The notes under the pieces are model-generated. The model was not told the origin of the DNA and did no database searches. It saw only the letters and a program-made list of their open reading frames with translations. A DNA stretch of 64,000 nt from the human T2T-CHM13v2.0 reference genome, Homo sapiens: NCBI RefSeq assembly GCF_009914755.1, contig NC_060943.1. One strand, written 5' to 3'. The first letter of the stretch is position 1; each line of letters starts with the position of its first letter. Made by a program: the position numbers and the translations under genes. This document shows positions 1 through 22,180 of this stretch, piece after piece.

Positions 1-110
1 ACGAGAATCTCTGGAACCTGGGAGGCAGAGGCTGCAGTGAGCCAAGATCACACCACTGCACTCCAGTCTGGGAGACAGAGCGAGACTCTGTCTCCAAAAA
101 AAAAAAAAAG
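1..110 (+). mobile_element. Alu 3' end (truncated by window edge)
   Basis: Right-arm sequence gaggctgcagtgagccaagatc...ctccagtctggg followed by poly(A). Confidence 0.9.
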
Positions 111-505
111 AAGGTAGTCAAAGGAGTAAAAACCAAAACAAACAAACAAACAAAAGATTTTCCCCTGCTCAGAACCTTCCGGTGACTTCCTGTTGCCCTT
201 GGGAAAAATTCTGGGCCCTTTCGCGTGGCCCCTTCGCTCTGTCATCTGTGGCCTTGTCCTTCCTTCCTTTCCTCCCTTTCTTCCTCCTGCACCTGCTCCT
301 TTCCTGGCACAGCCGCCTTCCCTGCCCGCCCTTCCCTGCCGCAGGACCTGTGCACTTGCTGTGCCCGCTGCCTGGTTCTCTTTCCACCCAGCCGGCTCCT
401 TATCACTCTAGTCACTTCCCTTCCCTACTTCTCCTCCTTTGCATGTCACACGATCAGAGCTGGGTATTAGTCTGTTTGTGTATCTGTTTGTCTCATCTAC
501 TAGGG

Positions 506-824
506 CAGGGGCTTTTTCTGGAAGGGCCGGAGAATAAATATTTTTGGCTTTGTAAGCCAGAGGTCATCTCTGTCCAGACCACTCTGCTTTGCCGTTGTAG
601 CAAGAAAGCTCCCGTGGGCGAGTGTGCCTGTGTTTCAGTAAAACTTTATTTATGGACACAAACGTGAATTCCGTGCAATTTTTACATTATAAGACATTTT
701 TCTTCTTTTGCTTTTTTTTTCCTCCAACGACTAAAAAATGTCAAAACCATTCTTAGACTGCAGGCTGTACAAAAACAGGTGGCGGGCAGGATTGAACCTG
801 TGGGTTGTAGTTTGCAAATACCTG
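506..824. mobile_element. MER58B-like hAT DNA transposon fossil
   Basis: Motifs aaaactttatttatggacac, aaaaccattcttag, gtagtttgc...cctg. Confidence 0.7.
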
Positions 825-949
825 GCTAGGGTGTGAGGGCCACACTACGGAAAGCTATGGAAACCATGTCAGCCTCACGACCCCTAGAATGTACGGCAGC
901 TCCTTAGACGTGGTGGGTGTTGAGTGGACATTCCTTGTTGAGTGAATGA

Positions 950-1249
<300 letters not shown>

Positions 1250-1324
1250 TGAGTGTGAATTTGTATCTTCCTAACTTCAAAGCATTTAGAGTCATATTCT
1301 AGCCTTAAAAAAAAAATGGGGCAT

Positions 1325-1624
<300 letters not shown>

Positions 1625-3565
1625 GGTCATGGGTCATTTCAAGGATCCTTAAAACTGCAGGAATGTGAGAAAATGCGATGCTGACATCCACCCAGACAGC
1701 CTCACCATAAAGGAGGGAAAAAACAGCTACAAACAGTGTAGGTGGGGGGAACGCTTCGCTGTTTGAGACGCCAGACTCTCTTGCTCTGGGATTCACGCGG
1801 CTGCCTTTCTGTTACAGCTCACCAAGCGTCAGAAGCACGTCGAGCCGTGTACTCGGCCCAAGGAGTTCAGTGTGACCTGGCAGGAACTGAGGGTTTGTTT
1901 AAAAGGAAGACAGCATTGCACAATTTCACAAGGCTTTTGTTTTGTAAGCATCGGAACTCTCCTCGTTACCAGTGCTAGCGCCCCCGATGGGAGGGGCAGG
2001 GGAGTCGCAGATGGTGGTTTCTGCTGTCCCTGAGCACAGAAAGCCTCATGAGGGAGGTGGCTTATCCAGTGCAGAGCTCAGCTTTGTAGAGTGAGTGGAC
2101 AAGTGCCCGTCGGTGGCCATCGTGCGGTCAGTAGCCGAGTGGGGGACTGTGCCCGGCCACACTTCCTTTGTCTCACTCTTCTCCTGGCTGACAGGCATTT
2201 TCTGAGCCAAGTAGGTCTTTGGCATCTTAGATTTGGGCCTGTCCCAGGAACGTTCTGACTTGTCAAGAAATCGTACCGTTAATTTACGGTCATGCTTTCT
2301 TTCCTTGATTGAAATAAACAATCTGGAGAGGCTTGCTCAGAATTTCTTGGCTTTCAAAAGTTGCCTGTCTTTTTTTCTTTTTCTTTTTCTTTTCTGTTTT
2401 TTTTTTATTTTTGCTTGCCCCCTCTCTCTCCCTGCTTCTCTGGCTCTTCCTCCCTTCCCTCTTTCTTTTCTTTCTTTATCCACCTCAGTGATCTCAGCAA
2501 ACACGAGGGGATGGATGACAAGTTTGCGTCCAGCCATCTCCGCCCTGCTGGCAGGCTGTGCCTCTTTGGCGGTGGCCGAGCGCGAAGTTGCTCTGTGGCT
2601 CTGGACTGGGATCGTGTTTGTTCAATGGACAAAGGCTGAGAATCCCGAGGCCGACTGCCCAGTGGCTGCTGCACCTCAAGACCCCGAGGGCTCTCAGGTG
2701 CACAGTGACAGTCACTCACGCAGACCTGGCCCCGTTTGCTGGTAGGCGCGACCACCGTTGTGTTTTTCAGACAAGCCTGGGTGACTTGCTGTGAAAACGT
2801 CAGCTGAGGGCACGGTGGCAGGATTTCCCCCTGCATAGACCTCCCGTCAGCATTCATAGCTGGACCCAAGTGCTGGCACCTTCCGAGCCGCCGGCAGTGG
2901 CGGTGGGCCTGTTTGCGTTTTTGCGGCTGCCCTAGTCTCCAGGGAGAGAGCGTGGAGACAGACGATTTGTATGAGATTAGCCGGCCGTGGATTCAGAATC
3001 GCTCTTTGTGTGATGGGTCCCAGGGGTTCCTTTTGACCACAGAGCCAGCCTGAAACTACCCACGGGTGCTGTGGACCCCTTGATCATGGCGGGATGGAAA
3101 TGGGCTGTGCCCTCAGCCGGGACTCAGGACTGCAGCATGTCTGGGCAGCAGCCTGGAAGCTGGCCAGCCTCGGCGCCCTTGGGGACAGCCCTTGACACTC
3201 TGGCTCGGTGCCCTGAGTGAGGGGGCGCCACCCTGGGCTCCCTGGGATGCGAGCAGGACCCAAGCCAGGCTGCTGGACCGGGACAGTCGCGTCATGTTGC
3301 TGTTGTCCCCTTCCTGCAGCATCTCCATACTCTCCTAAAATCCCATCTGTCAGACAGTGTTGGCTGTAGGCAGAGCGGGCCTCCTGTCTTGCAGTCGGGC
3401 CGCGTGGATCTGATTGTCTTGCTCAGGAGAGAGAGAAGATTGCCGTCCCTAGCATGCACTTGAGTCAAGCCTCTGGAATTTCAACTCCTGCTCCCTGCTC
3501 TATTCCAACTGCTTCCCCCAGGAAGGGGGGACGAGGCGGAGGAAGTCGCTCTCTTGACACCCCTA

Positions 3566-4018
<453 letters not shown>

Positions 4019-4252
4019 CTAGAGCCTGAAGGGCAGCTGCCGTTCATCAAAACAGCTCCTGTGCACTTCTGTGCCTGTCGCTGGCTCAGGGGCGCGGGAG
4101 GAGGGATGGGCTGCAGCGAGCGGGTGTGGTCAGGCCCAGGCTGGTGCGTGGTCACTGGGAGCTCGGGCAGCATGGCTGTCACTGTAGCCACACCCTGGGT
4201 CCCTCTGAGTGGGTTTGCATTGTCCAGCTCCGCGTGAGAGTTGTCAAGTTCA

Positions 4253-4747
<495 letters not shown>

Positions 4748-5099
4748 TCACAGATGACTGTGAGCTTGAGAGCAGAGGAAGTAGCGAGAGGAACTTGGGG
4801 GTGTGGCCTGGGAGATCTGAGAGGGGATGGGGTCAGGGTGAAGCCCACCTGGCATGCTGGAGGCAGCTGGGCACCCAGGCTCTGGGGTGTCTCTGGAGGT
4901 GTTACCCGAACCAGTGTGATCATGGGGACATGAGGCAGCAGGCAGCCCCGTCCTCGAGGAGCTCAGAGTCTAGTTGGCAAGTCTAGAAGCCATTCCTGTC
5001 ACCAGGGAGGGCCACCTCACAGTTGCCCAACTATTGGCGTCAGTGTGCTGGCCAGGTTCTGAATTTTCTAGGACAGCCTCCCTTAGAAATGATCCTGCC

Positions 5100-5765
<666 letters not shown>

Positions 5766-5767
5766 CC

Positions 5768-6082
5768 TTTTCTTTCTTTTTTTTTTTTTTTTTTTTGAGA
5801 TGGAGTCTTACTCTGCCACCCAGGCTGGAGTGCAGTGGCATGATCTCAGCTCACCTCAACCTCCGCCTCCTGGGTTCAAGTGATTCTCCTGCCTCAGCCT
5901 CCTGAGTAGCTGGGATTACAGGCACCTGCCACCACACCCGGCTAATTTTTGTATTTTTAGTAGAGATGGGGTTTCACCATGTTACATGGCCAGGCTGGTC
6001 TCGAACTCCTGGCCTCAAGTCATCTGCCTGCCTCGGCCTCCCAAAGTGCTGGGATGACAGGCGTGAGCCACCGCGCCCGGCC
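5768..6082 (-). mobile_element. AluS
   Basis: Poly(T) followed by an antisense dimer. Confidence 0.92.
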
Positions 6083-7359
6083 CACTTTGTCTCTTTACCT
6101 GGCTGCATCCTATTCCCCTGTGCGGGGGGTGTCCTGTTTTGTTTTCCATTCATCTCAGTGGGCATTTAAGTTGTTCTCATTTTTTCAGCCCCATCCTCTC
6201 CCCAGTCCGTGGCAGAGCTCAGGGATTCCTGTGCTGCACCATGCAGAATACAGGCCGAGATGGCCCCGGGGCAGACACAGCATAGAAACCATTTGTGGGG
6301 CTGGGGTGGGCGGGGTCAGCTTGGCGGATGCTGGGCTGCGGCTAGGCTTTGAGGTGCAGTGGCCCGGCGGGCCTGCAGGGGTGCAGAGGTACCCTGTGAG
6401 GCCACAGGGTCTAGGCTCCAGGTCATTAGTGGCGAGTCCGGGCCACGGGCCTCTTCTCTCAGCCTGAGCTGGCGTGCCTCAGCCAGTGGGGCCCTGGCAG
6501 GGACCTCTCTGTGCAGCCACAGGGCCCCTGTGTCTCCGCTCCATGGGGCAGCGTGGCCCCAGCTGACCACAGCTCTGACTTGCCCTTTGCTGTGTCCTGT
6601 AAGGTCACCCCTGGTGAGCAGGACCCCTGAGTCCACCACACCAGGGCCCGACGGCTGTCCTGTCCCCCTCGTCCTGTTTTTGGTGTCACCCCGCTGTCTG
6701 GTTAGCTGTGCCGGCCTCCCTGAGGGGCTTGTGAGAAGATGCCAGGGCCTTTCTTCCCCAGAGCTGCTCCCGCGAATCCAGCCTGGGGTTGGAGAGCACG
6801 CTGCTCCCTGGGTCACTTCCCTTTCCTGGTCCGGGGCCTGGTCCCAGCCCTGACAGGGTTGTGAGCCTTAGGAGGTGGCCATCAGGTTCTAAATGTGCCC
6901 CTGGGGCCCAGCAGCCTCCACCTGGACGTCCCCCCAGGAGGTTAAAGGGGTGAGTGGGAGCCCCCCCCACCACGCCGGGCCCCTTGGGAGTGCAGGTGGG
7001 TTCTCCAGGGGAGCAGGTGACACTGCCAGGCACCGGCGGTGCTGTACAGTCAGCCCAGTGCCAAGCCCCACCTCTTCCCACCTGCTCTGCAGTGCTCTCC
7101 CTGTGGGGACAGTGATGTGCCTGGGGACTGTCACCTGCTCTCCCCTGACAGAGGATGTGGGTTACCTGGGGTGCCCCATCAGTACCCCAGGGGCTGCTGA
7201 TGAACATGGGAAGACCCCATGGCAGGGGGCGGTCACGTAACTAAACACTACCAAGTGTCATGTGGTGAAGGTGGACCCCTGCCTCACACCATGGCCAGAA
7301 GCCAACCCCACATGTAGCAGAGATGAGAACATGTTACTAAAACGATTACAAAACCTCTA

Positions 7360-7830
<471 letters not shown>

Positions 7831-7917
7831 CTAGAAGAAAACCTGGATGTATATGTAAAATGTTGTATTTCCTTTTTTTAAAAAAATTTAAAATTATTTT
7901 TATTTCTATGTTTTTAA

Positions 7918-8266
<349 letters not shown>

Positions 8267-8288
8267 AAAAGTGATGTATGTTTTAAGG

Positions 8289-8600
8289 CAGCGCTGTCCA
8301 GTGAGGATGCAGAACAAGCCCGTGTGTCTGAATTTTCTGGTAGCTGAGTTAAAAGGTGAAGAGAAATGGGGGAAATTAATTATTACAGTGTATTGTATTG
8401 AACCCAGTATACCCCCAGTTTTATCATTTCAGCATGTAATCATCATCTTCAAAACTGTTGGTGAGATGTTTCACACTGCTTTTTCTTTTCTTTTTTTTTT
8501 TTTTTTGGGTGCTGTCTTTGACATTCATTGTGTATTTCCCCTGAGAGCTGGCCCTACGTGGTTGATCATTTGGGGAGGGCCCTGGCCCCGGATGCACTGA
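8289..8600. mobile_element. MER33-like hAT fossil
   Basis: cagcgctgtccag start; ggaaattaatt...aacccagtata...atcatttcagcatgtaatca...gagatgtttcaca. Confidence 0.6.
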
Positions 8601-9345
8601 GCGTGATGCCAGCCTGGTGCTATAGATGGGGTCCTGGTGCTTAGTGGGCCAGGGCCCACGCTCCTTCCTCCCACCCTCCCAATCCTGCCCCCGCCTATCC
8701 CAGGCAGGACTTATGGCTCTGATGGTGTCTGGCTGGAGAGATGAGACACACCTGACATTCACCAGCAATGGCAGGACACGCTGCGACAGGTGCGGCTGAA
8801 GAAGAGCTAGGCTGTCTGGCGGTGGTCCTGGCCTATCTTCCCAGTGGGCTCTCGCCCACAGTCTCTCGCCTTTGCCAGGGAGCACTGAACCGTGGACTGG
8901 TCCTGGGGGCCAAGGGGTCCTGGCGGCCCAGCCTGGGCAGCGCCTCTGGCATCGCAGCTGGTGGGGAGGCGCAGGGCTGGTGGGGCTTAGGAGGCGCTTG
9001 GCACTGAGGAGGTGTTTCCGGGAAGAGAATGGCAGGAAGTTGGAATGCTTCTTTGGCTGTAGGAAAGCCCAGAAGAGAGACTTGTGGATCAACACCGCCC
9101 AGGAATAACATCCTATAGCCACAGGCGGCTTCAAAGGGCTTGAGCTATCAGGGCAGGATTGCGGGAGGATTCGCAGCAGGGAGGATGGACACCCGGAGAC
9201 CTGCTACCCATGCACGTAGCCTGCTGGGCTCAGATCCACCTCTCCTGGGTCTGTGTCTTTATTTCCAAAGTGGGGGTGGCTCTGCAGGTCCCGCTTCAAG
9301 GCTGGGTGAGGTTAACTGAATTACCACGCGAAAAGCCCTTGGTGA

Positions 9346-9550
9346 AGTAGTTCTCACCCCAGGGGCAATTCTGTCTCTTAAGGGACACCTGGCCACAGCT
9401 GGGGACATTTGTGATGGTCAGGATTTAGGAGTGCTCCTGGCGTGGGGTGGGTGGAGGGCAAGGACACTGCTCAGCACCCTGCAGTGCCCCGGGCGGCCTC
9501 ATCCCAGGGAAGGCTCCAGGCCAGCATCCACCGAGCGGAGGCTGAGGCCC
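9346..9550 (+). mobile_element. MER20 DNA transposon fossil
   Basis: gtagttctca...ggggcaattctg...ggacacctggcc...ggggacattt...gctcagcaccctgcagtgc. Confidence 0.75.
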
Positions 9551-10372
9551 CAATCCAGAGTGGCGCTGGCCAGGTTGGGCCCCGGGAGGTCACAGGAATG
9601 ATTTTTCTCTGGGCTTGTTTCTGCTCTTGACTGTGAATAGAGGTGCTGCACTAGAAGTTTCTAAAATCTTTTTCCATTCCAAGACAGCTTAGGGTTTATG
9701 CTGCTCTTCGTGTTTGTGCTGGAAAGGAAGTTAAGGAGCCGTGGAAGTGATCATAAAGCAACTTGAAAATAATAGTTTTTGCGGCCTCTTTATTATAATG
9801 GGGCAGCCAGGTGGGTTGGCCGGGGTTTTATGGGCCAGGAAGCAGGCGTGGGGGTTTCTGGGGGAAGCTGGACCCGAGGCAGCGTTGACCCCAAGACCAG
9901 GACTCCGCGTCTCTCCTGTTCCGGCCTGTTCTGTACGCCTCGTCAGGTTTTCTGCTCCGGTGAACTTGGAGTGTGTTGGGGACTGACAGATCCAGAGAAC
10001 ATGCCCCTCTGCTGCATGATGCCGCTGGGGCCCTCGGGAGGGCTTGGGGTGTGTCTGTGGGTCTTGCAAACACTCTCCTCTTGGTGAGAAGGATCTGGTT
10101 GCATTTTGTGCCCTTGGGCTGTCCCCTGGCTCGGACAGAGGTGTCCCTGCTGTAACCCCCACTTCGCAGGGTACCAGATGCCACTGCCCAGGAGTTACTA
10201 ATGTACCTGGGGGTCTGGCACCTGCTCCGTGAAACCCGAGGTCTCCCTGTACTAATTAATTTGGCCTTTAGCCAAAGGGAGGGCTGCAGCCTTCGGGATC
10301 TGCTGGGTCACAGTGGGTGTTACCCTAACAAGTTTCCTAGAGGGATGTTCATTAGAAAAATAATTTATTTTA

Positions 10373-10818
<446 letters not shown>

Positions 10819-12292
10819 TTAGAGGTGGTAGAATGTTCTAGCTCTGTGAGGCTGGGATTCCCAAGTGGAGACCTGTGATGCTGCTGGGTGACAGGCAGAG
10901 GATCCTGCTGTGCAGGCTGGGGCTGCCATGGGAGGCTTGGAGCCCGAGGGTGGTGAGGATGGAATTAAGGGATCTGGCCCCGCGTGCTGTGCCGGGTGAG
11001 AGGCGGGTGTGAGCATGGCAGGAGGCTTTGGGGGCCGAATGTGCAGTGGAAGCCTGGATGGTGAGCGGATGAGCTGGTGCTGGAACCCAGACCCGCCTTC
11101 ACTGCCCCCAGCGTTGGGCCAGGACCGCTCATCCTGTGGGCGGATGGTTTTGCTCTGAGCCTCAGCACCGGTTCCAGGAGCGCAGCCTGGGAGCGCGGAT
11201 TGGGACTGTCTGTCTCTGGCCAAGGCTGTGTGTGTCTCAGGAAGCCTCCCCGGCGCCCAGCCCTCCACCTCTGTGTGTTCTGCACCGGCCGTCTCCCGGT
11301 TTTTCCCTCGCTGTCTGGGCCTGAAACAGCCCAGAAGAGAAATCGGATCTCTTCTCAGCCTGAGCTTCTCTTTTAGCCTGAGCTGAAAGAGATCATCTTG
11401 GGAAGGAGCTCCCCAGCCCGGCTTGGATTGGTCCCCTCTCTGGTGCCCCGGGGGAGTAGTGATGGATTCAGGACTTGGTCCTGGTCTGACCTGCCGTGGG
11501 GGCTGTGATGGGGTCCTGATGTGCCCCGTGTGCCATGGCGCTCGCCAAGGGCCAGCATGTCTGCGGCCTCACAGGGGCTTCACGAGCCACATTCGGGGCA
11601 GCGCTTGGTTTGGAGTCTAGAGCCAGAGCCTGGCGTGGGACCCGAGCTCGTGAACTCTGTCAGTGCCACTGACTTGGGGCAGTGTCTCCGTGTGCCTCCC
11701 TGTGGGGCGATGGCGGAGTAAACGGGTGATGGCCACTGAGCGCTGGCCGTGGGGACTCTTGGTCCTGGCTGCCAAGTAGAAGCTTCAGGGGTGCTCTTCA
11801 CAGTCAGCTGACTCTGCTGTCCCTGATAGCAGAAGACAGCGAAGGCACCTGCCCCCTGCCATGGCAGGTCGGCGGGCACAGAGGAGGGCTCGGGAGGCTG
11901 TGTCCTCCAGCGTCTCCATGTTTACTGTGCCAGGCCAGGTGCTGAGGGGCCGGCGAGGAAGACGTGAGGACTGGAGAGAGCCTGGATTAGGGCCCTCGAG
12001 GGGCGGCGCTGCTTTAGCCGGGGGAACAGGGAGGGCCTCTCCCAGCAGGTGACATTCAGTCAGAGACCTCTGAGCGACTCACACCTGCCCACCTTTGCAG
12101 GATTTGGGACAAGAGTGCTCCAAAGAAGTGCAGGCAGCACGTGCGGAGGCCCCAAGGCGGAACGAGGCGCAGCTCACTGAGCTGGCAGGAGCAGAGAGGA
12201 CTGCAGGGGCACAGAGGCCGGAGCAGCAGTGCCTGCTGCCTAGTCAGCCGTGAGGGCAAAGGCTGGAGGCACTGCTGTCAGAGGTTTATGCC

Positions 12293-13079
12293 TTTTTTTA
12301 TTTTTATTTTATTTTTTTTTTTTTTTTGTGAGACGGAGTCTTGCTCTGTCGCCTAGGCTGGAGCGTAGTGGCACAATCTCTCGGCTCACTGCAACCTCTG
12401 CCTACTGGGTTCAAGCGATTCTCCTGCCTCAGCCTCCTGAGTAGCTGGGATCACAGGCGCCCGCCACTACGCCTGGCTAATTTTTATATTTTTAGTAGAG
12501 ATGGGGTTTCGCCATGTTGCCCAGTCTGGTCTCAAACTCCTGACCTCAGGTGATCTGCTCTCCTCGGCCTTGTAAGAGTTAAAGAAAGAGGAAAGAAACA
12601 CAAAATGCAGCTGGCAGTTAAAGGCAAGTTTTCTTTAGTTAAAACCTGAGAGGCGCTCTTGGCCGATTGCGGTCAGGAGCGCTTTCTCTTATAGACTAAG
12701 AGTATATATTGGTTTTAGGGTGAAGGGGCTTATCACAAGCTTGGAACGTTTCTGTGTGTGGAGAAGTTTATGGCAGGGCTGGAATCTGTCTGGGAGGAGG
12801 GGAGGTTATCTTGGGGCAGACATCTTCCCGGCCGGAGGGGGGTTATCTCGGGGCTGGCATGTCTCTGGTTGGGGAGGAGTTTGCGATGTTTCTGGCTGGA
12901 GATGCTATTTGTGGTTTATGGTCATGCTGATCTTAGCTGTTAGGCTGATACCCTTTGGATTTAGCGGTCTTTTATTAAGGTGAACTTTTAGAATGAGGGG
13001 CTTGTCCGGGATGGCAATGCTTCTGCTGTCAGGCCTCCCAAAGTGCTGGGATGATGGGCGTGAGCCACTGCGCCCGGCC
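12293..13079 (-). mobile_element. AluS split by an LTR (Alu parts 12293-12570 and 13032-13079)
   Basis: Alu sequence ...ctcggcct stops at 12570 and resumes ggcctcccaaagtgctggg at 13032. Confidence 0.92.
12571..13031 (-). mobile_element. Solo ERV LTR (461 bp, ERVL class, LTR47-like)
   Basis: TG...CA termini and 5-bp TSD GGCCT (12566-12570 / 13032-13036); TATATA at 12703-12708. Family name from memory. Confidence 0.8.
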
Positions 13080-13469
13080 AGTATATGTGTTTTAAAGACC
13101 TCTCTGGTGGCTGTCAGGAGTGAAAGCAGGGGACCTGTCGGGAAACTCCAGGCGTCGCCCAGGTGATTCATGGCAATGGCTCAGGAGAAGGGGGTCTGGG
13201 CTGGGGCTGCGGCCTGGACTGGGGGTGGCTTTTGGAGGTAGACAGGATAGGCCTGGCTGGTGGGTTGAATGTGGAGTGGGGAGATCACTGCTACTCCCAG
13301 GGTGCAGCAGCTGGTTTCACGCCCCCAGCTCGGCCACTTCCTGCACAGCGATGTGGTCTTGGGCCTGAGAACGTGGGAATAACAAACTCAGTTTCTCCCA
13401 GGCTGTCAGAGCAGTCACAGATCCCTTCCAGCACACGCGAGCAAAGCGGTGCAGGGGCAGGAGCTGGGG

Positions 13470-14410
13470 CCCTCCGTTCAGTTCACTCCTACCTGGGGGC
13501 TGCATCGGGCAGGACAGGCTGCGGGCTCCTCCCCACGTACCTAACCCCACGGCCCATGCCAGTCACAAGCCCCAGGCTGTGTCCTGAGCTTCTGCTGGAC
13601 GCGCTGGAAACCAGCCTTCTCATGAACCCTTCTTTTTTTTTCTTTTTTGAGACGGAGTCTTGTTGTGTTTCCCAGGCTGGAGTGCAGTGGTGCGATCTAG
13701 GCTCACTGCAAGCTCCGCCTCCTGGGTTCACGCCATTCTCCTGCCTCAGCCTCCGGAGTAGCTGGGACTACAGGTGCCCGCCACCACGCCCGGCTAATTT
13801 TTTGTATTTTTAGTAGAGACGGGGTTTCACCATGTTAGCCAGGATGGTCTCAATCTCCTGACCTCGTGATCCACCCGCCTCGGCTTCCCAAAGTGCTGGG
13901 ATTACAGGCATGAGCCACCGTGCCCGGCCTCATGAACCCTTCTTTGAGCTTAATTTGCTAATGCACCTCTCAAAACTCAGGGGAGCTGTTACTTACGTTT
14001 ACCAGCTTATTAGAAAGGATTTTACAAAGGAGGCAGATGAAGACATGTGTAGGGTGAGGGATGTGGGAAGGGGCACAGAGGGTTCCGTGCTCTCCCCGGG
14101 CTGTGACGTCTCCAGGAACCTCCACGCATTCATCTGTGGGGAAGCTTCCATCCCAGTCCTCCGGGTTTTACCTCAGCTTCCTCGCAGAGGCTTGGGTGAC
14201 CTCACTGCATTGGCCTGGGTGATCAAGTCAGCCTTCAGCCACATGCCCCTCCCCTCCCGTCCAGCCTGGGTCTTTTCAGTGAGCAGCCCTATTCCCTCAG
14301 CTCCCGAGGGGCTGCCAAGCCCTTAGTCACCTCATTAGCACACTGGAGAATTCCGAGGATCTGGGGGAGTCGTAGGCCAGGAAACAGGACAAAATGTATT
14401 TCACAGTCTC
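13470..14410 (-). mobile_element. MER21-like ERVL LTR interrupted by AluY
   Basis: aatttgcta...aaactcaggga...ttacttacgtttacc...aaggattttacaaagg...gtcacctcattagca motifs. Confidence 0.65.
13630..13929 (-). mobile_element. AluY
   Basis: Diagnostic gcaagctccgcc/ttcacgccattc/ttagccaggatgg; TSD tcatgaaccctt. Confidence 0.92.
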
Positions 14411-14659
14411 ACTGGGCCGGTCCCTTGCCTCCGCTTCCTTGTCTGTGATGAGAGGACGGGAGGGTGGCTGTCTGGACAGTGCTGAAGTGGTAGAGGTGAG
14501 TCGCTGCCGTGGAGGGCTTGGCAGGGTGCTCTGTGAAGGGCCCTGTGGCCTGGGGTGGAAGCCGCTTGCAGAGTGCTGGTTCTTTGCCTAAGGATGGTGG
14601 GGCAGGGGGGCCGTGTTCACACGTGCTGTTGGCTGTGTCTGCCAGTCTTCCTTTCTTTT

Positions 14660-20280
<5,621 letters not shown>

Positions 20281-20680
20281 ATCCCCAATATCATTTGAAG
20301 CAAGGCTGTGCTTACTCCTTTTGAACTGTGCTTAGCAATCAGGATTTCACTTAATCAGTTCAATGGCTTGGGTTTTCAAGGATGCTGATGTGTTTGTTTG
20401 CCTGAATGGTGCCTCTTCTTTTGCTCATTCCTCCTCACATTCAGTGAAATGAACACATCAAAGCCCTCTTAGGACCTGTGATCATCAAAACCATTTGGAG
20501 ACCCCACTGTCTCGGGAGCAGGGCTTGGGAAGGACACCAGCTCCCCTGTCATCCCTCTCCTTGTGTTTCTGGCTTCTTTTCATCTCCCTTGCACCACTGA
20601 AACTGATGAGTTTGTAGCCCTGTTCCTGACACAAGACTCCAAATCTGTGTCAGTGGGTCTCACCCACTTGGAGGCAGGTC

Positions 20681-20940
20681 TTTTTTTTTTGAGATGGATT
20701 CTTACTCTGGGCAACAGAGCAAGAATCCTGGGTTCAAGCGATTCTCCTGCCTCAGCCTCCTGAGTAGCTGGGATTACAGGCACCCGCCACCACATCCAGC
20801 TAATTTTTGTGTTTTTAGTAGAGACGGAGTTTCTCCATGTTGGCCAGGCTGGTCTCGAACTCCTGACCTCAACCGATCTGCCTACCTTGGCCTCCCAAAG
20901 TGCTAGGATTACAGGCATGATCCTCTGTGCCTGGCCGAGG
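20681..20940 (-). mobile_element. AluS with internal fold-back rearrangement
   Basis: Antisense Alu lacking ~50 nt of the right arm, replaced by an inverted copy (see findings). Confidence 0.85.
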
Positions 20941-21339
20941 CTTGGCATTTTTAATTTGAATTGGTAGAGAGTGGGTGCCATCATCGTTTTGATGATCATT
21001 CAACCCCAGGAATATGCATCCCTTTCCTGAGAGGCACTCTCATCCTCTACGCAGAGCAGCCAGTGAGCTGCTGGAGGGACCTTGGGTCCCAGCACAGTAT
21101 CCCAGGCTGGCTCCCTTTAAATACTCGTTGTTTTTATAAAAGGGATATGTAAGTATGGTTGGCGTGTGAACTACAAATGTCCCTGCATCCTGCGACCCTG
21201 AAATGGCCTGTCTTGGTGTTGGCGCTCCTGGTCGCCGCGGTGTCACGCGTAGATCTTTGCTTCTCAGTGGCTTTGCAGTCCTTTATTTTGGTACAGATAT
21301 GTGTAATTTACTTACCCATTCTCCTACTAATGAGCACTT

Positions 21340-21984
<645 letters not shown>

Positions 21985-22180
21985 TGAGGTGGTCTGAATT
22001 TGTGCCCCTGCACAGTCATTGTGGGACAGTCATTGTGTTGGGGACAGCTCTGGTCTCTGCCCCTCCTTATAACCTGTCTCCTCGTGCTGGTTCTTGTTTG
22101 AGTTGCCAGTTCATAGCCTTTGCCTGCTTGTTGATTTGGTATGTTTTTTTTCTTGACTTAAAAACAAAAAAACAAACCCA

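Noticed and set aside
20479-20998. 13-bp inverted repeat TGATCATCAAAAC (20479-20491 / 20986-20998) as transposon TIRs
   Set aside because: No TSD, and the interior is mostly an Alu; cannot be distinguished from chance.
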